Origin: Anaerolineales bacterium
GTDB lineage: Bacteria; Chloroflexota; Anaerolineae; Anaerolineales; UBA6663
Assembly (NCBI GenBank): GCA_020845955.1
Contig: JADLEU010000179.1
Location: 1-12,206, forward strand
Reading direction: 5' to 3'
DNA length: 12,206 nucleotides
In this document: positions 6,058-12,206 of the stretch, piece by piece
Layout: every line of letters begins with the position of its first letter
Numbering within the stretch: the stretch's first letter is position 1
The notes under the pieces: generated by a model
The model's input: only the letters and a program-made list of their open reading frames with translations
What the model was told of the DNA's origin: nothing
Databases searched by the model: none
Program-made: the position numbers and the translations under genes

Positions 6058-9000
6058 GTGATCTTCGGCCGCGTCACACGCATGCTTGCCCTCTGGCGCC
6101 GCGGCACACCCTACCTGCTCCTAACGCTGCTGGCGCTGCCCGCCATCTGGCCGTTGGCCGCGCCGGGCCTGCCGCGCGCTAACGATGCGCTGCCGCACTT
6201 CTACCGCGCGTTCGAGCTGGGCGAGCTGGCGCGGGCCGGGGTGCTGCTGCCGCGCTGGGCGCCGCACCTGGTGCACGGCTACGGCTACCCGGTCTTCAAC
6301 TTCTTCCCCTACCTGGCCCACTACCTGGTCGTAGGGCTGAACGCGTTCGGGCTCGACCTGCTCGGGGCCTACAAGACCGCCTGCGCCCTGGCGTTGTTGG
6401 CCAGCGCCCTGTCTGCCTTCTGGCTGGGGCGCGAGCACTTCGGGCCGGCGGCCGGGGTGCTGGCCGGCACCGCCTACGTCTACGGCCCTTACCTGCTCTA
6501 CGACACGTATGTGCGCGGCTCGCTGCCTGAGTCGCTGGCGCTGGCGCTGCTTCCACTCACGCTGCTGTTCGTGCGCCGGGCCGCGCGCGGCGATCGGCCG
6601 GCCGCCGCCTGGGGCGCGCTGGCGCTGGCCGCGGCGGTGCTTTCCCACCACGGCGTCATGCTGCAGGCCATTCCGTTCGTGCTGGCCTATGCGCTGGTTG
6701 AGACCTGGTTAGCACACCGCGGCCTTTTGACGCACTGGCGCACCTATGGGGCGTTGCTCCCCTTGCTCCTGGGTCTGCTCTTGAGCGCCTTCTTCTGGCT
6801 GCCGGCGGCGGCCGAGGCGCCCTTCGTCCAGACCGGGCGGGGCACTGGCAGCGGCAGCATGAGCTATGCCGGCAACTTCCTCAGCCTGGCCGAACTGCTG
6901 GCCTGGCCGCGGCTGCCAGTGGACCCGCAGCTCCTCAATCCGCCGGTCGTGCGTGCTCTGCCGCACGCGGCACTGGCGCTGGCGGCGCTGGCCTGGCTGC
7001 GCCTGGGTAGTCGGCGCCGCCGCGCCTACGGCCCGGCGCTGCTGTTCTTCACGCTGGCCGCTGCCGCGGCCGCGCTGCTGGTGCTGCCCCTGGCCCGCCC
7101 GCTGTGGGCGGCGCTGCCGCTCCTGCAGCTCACGCTCTTCCCCTGGCGGCTGTTGGGCCCGATCTCGTTATTCCTGGCGCTGGCGGCGGCCGTGCTGTTT
7201 GCGGAGGCGCCAGTCCCCCGGCAGGCCGAGCAGCAGGACGAAGACCGGCATGAGCGCGCCGGCGAAGCGCCGCAATCCGGCGCTGCGACGGGCGCGGCGA
7301 GCCATCCTGCGACGGGAGGGGCAAGGCTCGGTGGCCGGGCGCTGAACACCATTGGCCTGGCCGCGGCGCTGGTCGTGATCGTGGCGGCGGGACTGCCGTT
7401 CGCCGCGCCGCCCCGCGAAACGGCGCCGGCCGCGCCAACCCTGGCCGACCTGGCCCACTTCGAGACGCCTCCGGCCTTTATTGGAACGACGACGGTGGGC
7501 GAGTACCTGCCGATTGGGGTCCGGCAGTTGCCCGACACCGGCGGCGACCAGCTGCGGTTGATGCTGGGCGAGGCGCCCGCCCGGTTCGACGCGCCCGGCG
7601 CCATCGTGGAGGCGCTGGACGCGCGCGCCATCGGCGCGGCCTACAGCGTGGCCGCCGCCGAACCGGTCCGCTTCGTCTACCGGCAGTTCTACTTCCCGGG
7701 CTGGCTCGCGATGCTCGACGGGCAGCGAGCCCGGCTGGAGATCACGCAGCCCGAAGGGTTGATGGCCGTGGCCGTGCCGGCCGGAGTCCACACGCTGACC
7801 TTCGCGCTCGGCGCGACCCTGCCGCGGCTGGCGGGCGAGGGCTTGAGCCTCCTCGCGCTGCTGGCGACGGCCGGGTGGGCGGCTGCGCCCGCGCTGCTTG
7901 CCCGGCGCGCGGGCCAGGCGGCGATCTCGCGCGCGGCCGCGCCACCAGTGGCCGGAGGGATTAACCCCATGCTGTTGGCCGTTGCCGCGCTGCTGGCCCT
8001 GGCGCGCCCGCTGCTTTTCGACACGGGCTGGACGCCCTTGCTGCGTGCCAGGCTGCGACCGGACGGCCTGGCGGGCGTGCCGCCCCTGAACCTGGACGTG
8101 GCCGGCGAGTTGACGCTGCTAGCGACGGAGATCACGCCCCGCGCGCTGAGCGGCGACCAGGACTTGACCGTGGACCTGTACTGGCAGGCCCAGCATCCGC
8201 TGGGCGTGGCCTATGGCTTCCAGGCGCGGCTGGTAGACGCGGCCGGCCAGACCTGGAGCAACGTGGAGACGACCCGCCCGCGCGATTGGCGTTTCGCGCC
8301 CGGCACCGACCTCTGGCCGGTCGATCAATATGTGCTCGATCCCTACACGATCACCCCGCTGGCCGGGCTGCCACCCGGCGCCTACACCGTGGACGTAACG
8401 GTCTTTGCCTATTACAACCTGCAGATCGTGGGCCGCTACTCAGCCGGCCAGGTGACGATCACCCGGCCCACCCGCGCCCGGGTCTGTCCCGAAACCGTGC
8501 CGGCCGTGCCGGCCGCCGCCCTCGACCTGCGCGCCGCCGAGTTGCCCGTGGCCGGCCGACCAGGCGATGACCTGACGGCCGGGCTGTGCTGGCAAGCGGT
8601 AACGGCGCCGGGCGCCGACCTGGCGGGCGAGCTGCGCCTGCTGGATGCCGCCAACGCGGTGCGGGCCGCGCAGCCCTTTACCCTGGGCACCGCCTACCCC
8701 ACCAGCCGCTGGGCGGCCGGCGATGTGCTGCGCGACCAGGTAACCCTGCGCGTGCCAGCCGGGCTGGAGACCGGCAACTATACCTGGGCGCTGTTGGTGG
8801 CCGGCGGGCCGCAGGTGGGGCTGGGGGCGCTGGCCGTTACCGCGCCCGAGCGCCAATACGCCGCGCCGCCGGTCGGCGAGGTGGCGGGCGCCGACCTGGG
8901 ACCGATCACGCTCTATGGCCTCAACCTGGCGCGGAGGGGCCTGGCCCCGGGCGCTGAACTGCCCGTGACGCTGATTTGGCGCGCGGACGAGGCGCCGAGC

Positions 9001-9294
9001 GATAGCTACCACGTGTTCGTTCACCTTCAGGCGGCCGACGGGCGCCTGGTGGCCCAATCGGACGGCGTGCCAGCCGATTGGAGCCGCCGGACTACCAGCT
9101 GGCTGCGTGGTGAGTTCGTCGTTGACACGCGCCTTCTGCGGCTTCCTGTCGATCTGGCGCCGGGCGCCTACTCCCTGGCGGCCGGGCTCTACGTGCCTGG
9201 CAGCGGGGCGCGGCTGACCACGGCCCAGTTCCCTGACGGCCGCATCGCGCTGGGCGTGGTGCAGGTGGAATTGCCGGCGCCGCCAGCGCTTTAG
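6058..9294 (+). CDS. Large polytopic membrane protein with a GT-C-like N-terminal half (resembles 'PTPS-related'/DUF2298/ArnT-like glycosyltransferase membrane proteins) and a C-terminal triple-repeat extracytoplasmic domain
   Basis: The 1078-aa ORF has at least 12 hydrophobic helices in aa 17-450. Its conserved-looking N-terminal motif is NDALPHFYRAFELGELARAGVLLPRWAPHLVHGYGYPVFNFFPYLAHYL. A low-complexity acidic linker lies at aa 385-430. A ~135-aa soluble insert (aa 455-590) sits between TMs. The C-terminal ~400 aa hold three tandem repeats with a shared pattern (L.V.L.W.A....Y..F.HL.D..G..VAQ.D..P....T..W..G....D..L.LP..L.PG.Y.L..GLY). The start is uncertain: GTG 6058 versus ATG 6082. Confidence 0.8.
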   Translation: MIFGRVTRMLALWRRGTPYLLLTLLALPAIWPLAAPGLPRANDALPHFYRAFELGELARAGVLLPRWAPHLVHGYGYPVFNFFPYLAHYLVVGLNAFGLDLLGAYKTACALALLASALSAFWLGREHFGPAAGVLAGTAYVYGPYLLYDTYVRGSLPESLALALLPLTLLFVRRAARGDRPAAAWGALALAAAVLSHHGVMLQAIPFVLAYALVETWLAHRGLLTHWRTYGALLPLLLGLLLSAFFWLPAAAEAPFVQTGRGTGSGSMSYAGNFLSLAELLAWPRLPVDPQLLNPPVVRALPHAALALAALAWLRLGSRRRRAYGPALLFFTLAAAAAALLVLPLARPLWAALPLLQLTLFPWRLLGPISLFLALAAAVLFAEAPVPRQAEQQDEDRHERAGEAPQSGAATGAASHPATGGARLGGRALNTIGLAAALVVIVAAGLPFAAPPRETAPAAPTLADLAHFETPPAFIGTTTVGEYLPIGVRQLPDTGGDQLRLMLGEAPARFDAPGAIVEALDARAIGAAYSVAAAEPVRFVYRQFYFPGWLAMLDGQRARLEITQPEGLMAVAVPAGVHTLTFALGATLPRLAGEGLSLLALLATAGWAAAPALLARRAGQAAISRAAAPPVAGGINPMLLAVAALLALARPLLFDTGWTPLLRARLRPDGLAGVPPLNLDVAGELTLLATEITPRALSGDQDLTVDLYWQAQHPLGVAYGFQARLVDAAGQTWSNVETTRPRDWRFAPGTDLWPVDQYVLDPYTITPLAGLPPGAYTVDVTVFAYYNLQIVGRYSAGQVTITRPTRARVCPETVPAVPAAALDLRAAELPVAGRPGDDLTAGLCWQAVTAPGADLAGELRLLDAANAVRAAQPFTLGTAYPTSRWAAGDVLRDQVTLRVPAGLETGNYTWALLVAGGPQVGLGALAVTAPERQYAAPPVGEVAGADLGPITLYGLNLARRGLAPGAELPVTLIWRADEAPSDSYHVFVHLQAADGRLVAQSDGVPADWSRRTTSWLRGEFVVDTRLLRLPVDLAPGAYSLAAGLYVPGSGARLTTAQFPDGRIALGVVQVELPAPPAL

Positions 9295-9320
9295 ACCCTT
9301 TATGCCCTTTGACCTATAAT
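9292..9320 (+). promoter_or_regulatory. Candidate promoter giving a leaderless or near-leaderless transcript of the SPFH operon: -35 TAGACC (9292-9297), 17-nt spacer, perfect -10 TATAAT (9315-9320), ATG at 9328
   Basis: The sequence reads tTAGACCctttatgccctttgaccTATAATcggagccATGG. The start codon begins 8 nt after the -10, so a transcript initiated about 7 nt downstream of TATAAT would start at or immediately before the ATG. GGAG at 9322-9325 is only 2 nt from the ATG, which is too close for a canonical SD. Confidence 0.3.
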
Positions 9321-9327
9321 CGGAGCC

Positions 9328-10611
9328 ATGGGATTGCTGCGTAAACGCCAGTTCTGGGTTGCGGCTGGCCTGTTCGCCGCTGCCGCCCTGGCCGTGGCGG
9401 CCTATGTGATCCCGCCCCTGCCATCGCTCCTCAATTGGGCATTTGACATCCTGGCCTTTGCGCTAGCGCTGAGCGCCGGCCTGATGATCATTTCACAGTT
9501 CGTGCTGCCAGTGCAGACCCAGCGCGAACGGCAGGAAGTGTTCGACCACTTCCTGCGCTATGTCAGCGGCGGCGCCGGCCCGATCATTTTCATTAAAGAC
9601 GGCAAGACCGTGGGCCGCAAAGAAGAACTGCGGCGCTATGGCCACGGTGTGGCGCTGGTCGACGCCGTCAGCGCCGTGGTGCTGGAGCGCAGCGCCGCGG
9701 CACCGGGCTGGCTGGCCGCGGCCGCGCGCGCCGGACAGCGAACCTCTGGCGAGCCGGGCGAGGGCGCCACCCCCCCCATTGTGCGGGCGGCCGGTCCGGG
9801 CATCGTCTTGATCGCCCCCGGCGAGCGCCTGGTAGCCACGCTGGACCTGCGCCGCCAAACACGGCGCACCGCGGCCAAGGGCCTCACCCGCGACGGAATC
9901 GAGCTGGGCGCCCAGATTTCGGTGACCTTCAGCCTGGATGCGGACCCCGAGCGGCGCGGCGGGACGGCGCCGGCGGCCGCGCCGCACGAGCGCGTCGAGC
10001 GCAACCTGCCCGCCTACCCCTTCAACCGCGGCAGCGCCTTCCGCGCCGTGTATGGCGTGGCCCTGGGCGAGAAGCAACCCATCGAGTGGACCGACCTGCC
10101 CCTGATCGTCGCGGTCGAGCGCTTCCGCGACGTGCTATCCGAGTACCGGCTGGACGAGCTGTTCCAGCCTACCCAGCCAGAGGTGTATCCCTTCGCGACC
10201 TTCCAGGCCAGGGTCATCGCGCTGGTGAAGGACGCGCCAGTGCTGCGCGAACGCGGCCTGCTGGTGTCCGGCGTGGGTATCTCAGGCCTGACCATGCCGC
10301 GCGAGGTGGTCAACCAGCGCGTGCGCTCGTGGCAAGCACGCTGGCAGAAGGCGACGATCCAGCAAGAAGCCGCGGGCGACACGCAATCGCTGCTCACCGA
10401 GCGGCGCTGGCAATCGGAGGCCCAGCAGCACATCTTCAAGGACATCCAGGCGCTGCTGGGCGCTACCGACGACCCGATCGCGCGCCGGGCGCTGACGCTC
10501 ATGCTGGTCAAGGCGCTGCAGCGCGCCGCGGCTGACCCGGCTCAGCGCGGCCGCCTGCCGGCCGAGACCGTCACGGCCATCGAGGCGCTCGGTGAGGGCA
10601 AGAAGCGATGA
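9328..10611 (+). CDS. SPFH/band-7 (stomatin/HflK-like) domain membrane protein, divergent; two N-terminal TM helices
   Basis: The 427-aa ORF has TMs FWVAAGLFAAAALAVAAYVIPPL and ILAFALALSAGLMIISQFVLPV. The SPFH core has the characteristic pattern GPGIVLIAPGERLVATLDLRRQTRRTAAKGLTRDGIELGAQISVTFSL (compare G.hF.iPf.d.v..vDlR.q.....q.v.TkDnv.v.vd.vv.yrv). The later motif is LLVSGVGISGLTMPREVVNQ (compare wGI.v..v.I.di.pP..v). It ends in a Gln/Ala/Arg-rich helical tail (QARWQKATIQQEAAGDTQSLLTERRWQSEAQQ). A low-complexity insert lies at aa ~121-150. Confidence 0.8.
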   Translation: MGLLRKRQFWVAAGLFAAAALAVAAYVIPPLPSLLNWAFDILAFALALSAGLMIISQFVLPVQTQRERQEVFDHFLRYVSGGAGPIIFIKDGKTVGRKEELRRYGHGVALVDAVSAVVLERSAAAPGWLAAAARAGQRTSGEPGEGATPPIVRAAGPGIVLIAPGERLVATLDLRRQTRRTAAKGLTRDGIELGAQISVTFSLDADPERRGGTAPAAAPHERVERNLPAYPFNRGSAFRAVYGVALGEKQPIEWTDLPLIVAVERFRDVLSEYRLDELFQPTQPEVYPFATFQARVIALVKDAPVLRERGLLVSGVGISGLTMPREVVNQRVRSWQARWQKATIQQEAAGDTQSLLTERRWQSEAQQHIFKDIQALLGATDDPIARRALTLMLVKALQRAAADPAQRGRLPAETVTAIEALGEGKKR

Positions 10612-12074
10612 CAGCGCCGGCTTCGGGGCATGACACACACCGCCTGGCGCGCCTGCGCCAACACCTGCGCCGCCAGCTGACCTACTACCTGCTCCACTTC
10701 GTGGAAGGCGACCACACCTGGGGCCAGACGCGCCTGACGGCGGCCGTGGTGTTGGGCGTGCTGTGCGTGCTCATCAGCCGGCCGTTTGAAACCATTGAGC
10801 ACCAGCCGGTCTTCAACGGGGTGATCGCCCAACTCATGCTGCGCGAACTGCTCCCCCCGCGCCTGATCAGCCTGTTGGGGCTCTTCGCGTCGTTCTTCTC
10901 GATCCAGGCGCTGCGGCACGCCCTGCCGCCGCTGCTGGGCTTTGTGCTGGCGCTGTACTTTGGCGCGGCCTACCTGCGCGACCTGCTTGAGCTGCCCACC
11001 CAGCTGCAGGCCTTCAAGCACCTGACCAGCACGCTCTTCGGCAGCGGCTATCCGCGCATGACCATCAGCGAGGGCCAGGCCGCGCTAAGCGATCCTGAGC
11101 TTAACCCCATGCTGAAGATCGGCGGGCCGGGCTGGGTAGACATCAAGATCGGCAACGCGGCTTTGTTCGAGCGCGTCGTAGGGCCGTCGGCCGTGCTGGG
11201 GGCTGGCACACACTTCGTGCGCCGTTTCGAGACCCTGCGCGAGGCCTTCGACTTGCGCGAAGTCGAGCGGAGCAAGAACGACGTCAAGCTGATGACCAAG
11301 GACGGGCTGCCGATCGTGATGAACGAGATGCGCGTGCGCTTTCGCATCCGCGCGCGGCAGGTGCGCACCGAGGCTAACCCCTACCCGGCGATGACCGGCG
11401 CCATCCGCCGCGCGGCCTACAACCGCAAAGTGGGGCCGAACGGCCTGGAGAACTGGGCCGACATGGTGACCGGCGCCTGCCGCGGCGTCATTACCGATTG
11501 GATCGCGCGCCGCCGCATGGACGAGTTGATCCCGCCGCCGCGCGACGGCAACCAGCCTGAGCCGCCCCTGGCAACGCCCTACCGCCAGGCACTGCACGAC
11601 CTGTTCCAGCAGAAAGCCACGCGCCAGAGATTCGCCGACATGGGCGCCGAGATCATCTGGGTGAGCGTGGGCCACATCCGCCCCGACCCCGACGTGGACC
11701 CAGACCTGCGGCTGGAAGCCGACCCGACCGGCCGCGACAAGATCCACCACCAGCTGATCGAGACCTGGAAGTCGGCCCACGCCGCGCTGGCGCAGGACGA
11801 GATCGTCGATGCCAAGGCCTATGCGCGCTGGCTGGCCGACACGGCTCGGGCCGAAGCCGAGTCAGAGCTGATCCTGGCGCTGACCAAGGGGCTGCGCGAA
11901 GCGCGCCAGGAGGGCCTGCCGCTGGACGATGTGCTGGCCGACCGCCTGGTGGACTACGTGGCCGGCGTGCCCGCCCGGCCGGGCGACGTCGGGCGGTTGC
12001 AGCGCCTGCTCGTGACCATGGGTCTGCTGGAGAGCGGCTATCCTGGCGACATCGCCCCACCGGCGGCTAAGTGA
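10608..12074 (+). CDS. SPFH/band-7 domain membrane protein, paralogous partner; polytopic N-terminal region (about 3-4 TM) followed by the SPFH domain
   Basis: The 488-aa ORF has the motif [71 protein letters not shown], a near-textbook match to the stomatin/prohibitin pattern (E.aiv.rfGk....pGlhf.iPf.d....vDlR....d...q.v.TKD...v.vd.vv.yRi). Downstream motifs are [23 protein letters not shown] and [20 protein letters not shown]-terminal hydrophobic segments are at aa ~43-58, 85-100 and 108-123. The start ATG 10608-10610 overlaps the upstream stop TGA 10609-10611 (ATGA), and GAGGG lies ~10 nt upstream. Confidence 0.8.
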   Translation: MTAPASGHDTHRLARLRQHLRRQLTYYLLHFVEGDHTWGQTRLTAAVVLGVLCVLISRPFETIEHQPVFNGVIAQLMLRELLPPRLISLLGLFASFFSIQALRHALPPLLGFVLALYFGAAYLRDLLELPTQLQAFKHLTSTLFGSGYPRMTISEGQAALSDPELNPMLKIGGPGWVDIKIGNAALFERVVGPSAVLGAGTHFVRRFETLREAFDLREVERSKNDVKLMTKDGLPIVMNEMRVRFRIRARQVRTEANPYPAMTGAIRRAAYNRKVGPNGLENWADMVTGACRGVITDWIARRRMDELIPPPRDGNQPEPPLATPYRQALHDLFQQKATRQRFADMGAEIIWVSVGHIRPDPDVDPDLRLEADPTGRDKIHHQLIETWKSAHAALAQDEIVDAKAYARWLADTARAEAESELILALTKGLREARQEGLPLDDVLADRLVDYVAGVPARPGDVGRLQRLLVTMGLLESGYPGDIAPPAAK

Positions 12075-12081
12075 CGCGCTC

Positions 12082-12206
12082 ATGCCCTATCCTCTGCCCA
12101 TCCTGACCCCTGAAGTCCGCGACACCCTCCAGGGCCGGCGCCCGCTGGTGGCGCTGGAATCGACCGTGATCACGCACGGCCTGCCCTGGCCGCGGAACCT
12201 GGAGCT
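12082..12206 (+). CDS. psuG: Pseudouridine-5'-phosphate glycosidase, N-terminal fragment (continues past the right edge)
   Basis: Translation from ATG 12082 gives [42 protein letters not shown]. The [18 protein letters not shown] block matches the conserved PsuG/IndA N-terminal signature (VVALESTIISHGMPYPQN in characterised enzymes). It lies 7 nt after the stop of the preceding gene. Confidence 0.75.
   Translation, partial: MPYPLPILTPEVRDTLQGRRPLVALESTVITHGLPWPRNLE

Noticed and set aside
5243-6107. Minus-strand ORFs 5243-5971 (242 aa) and 5682-6107 (141 aa)
   Set aside because: They are antisense to the plus-strand 5373-6050 gene and the start of the GT-C gene. Their composition is low-complexity Ser/Ala/Arg-rich.
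6121-9057. Multiple minus-strand and alternative-frame ORFs inside the 1078-aa membrane-protein gene (6121-6651, 6709-6966, 7026-7631, 7168-7791, 7689-8135, 8440-9057, 8586-8957 and others)
   Set aside because: All are Arg/Pro/Gly/Ala-rich shadow frames of a single long ORF. That ORF has coherent TM architecture and internal domain repeats.
9309-9320. TTGACC immediately adjacent to TATAAT (looks like -35 and -10 boxes)
   Set aside because: The spacing is 0 nt, so the two cannot act as a -35/-10 pair. I paired the TATAAT with the properly spaced upstream TAGACC instead.
9493-11780. Antisense and alternative-frame ORFs over the SPFH genes (9493-10077 -, 10014-10511 -, 10086-10535 +, 10282-10638 -, 10542-11021 -, 11085-11780 -, 11653-12060 -)
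   Set aside because: They are shadow ORFs. The plus-strand frames carry clear SPFH motifs and coupled ATGA start/stop.
1-12206. Search for mobile elements, CRISPR arrays and RNA genes
   Set aside because: I found no direct or inverted terminal repeats, no transposase, integrase or recombinase-like ORFs, and no repeat-spacer periodicity. There is no tRNA-like cloverleaf or rRNA-like segment. The window looks like chromosomal envelope and membrane genes, not a mobile island.

Overview
This is a GC-rich window (roughly 70% G+C, codon third positions almost all G/C), and the gene content suggests a Chloroflexota-like monoderm genome. Many of the long ORFs in the track are antisense or frame-shifted shadows of real genes. 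I can support three gene blocks. Minus strand, 5101 to 341: a four-gene cluster that resembles B. subtilis yknWXYZ. It encodes a Yip1-family membrane protein, a MacB/LolD-type ABC ATPase, a 580-aa secreted protein built of CARDB-like beta-sandwich repeats sitting where the membrane-fusion protein YknX would be, and a MacB/FtsX-type permease. A partial zinc-ribbon ORF runs off the left edge. Plus strand, 5373 to 9294: a small signal-anchored protein followed 7 nt later by a 1078-aa polytopic GT-C-like membrane protein. Its C-terminal third is three tandem copies of a roughly 120-aa extracytoplasmic domain. Plus strand, 9328 to 12074: two translationally coupled, highly divergent SPFH/band-7 membrane proteins (stop and start overlap as ATGA). 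The second has an unusual polytopic N-terminus. After them comes the 5' end of psuG (pseudouridine-5'-phosphate glycosidase). I saw no rRNA, tRNA, CRISPR array, transposase or integrase. The two most interesting points are the transporter cluster with a CARDB-repeat protein in the adaptor slot and the tandem SPFH pair.
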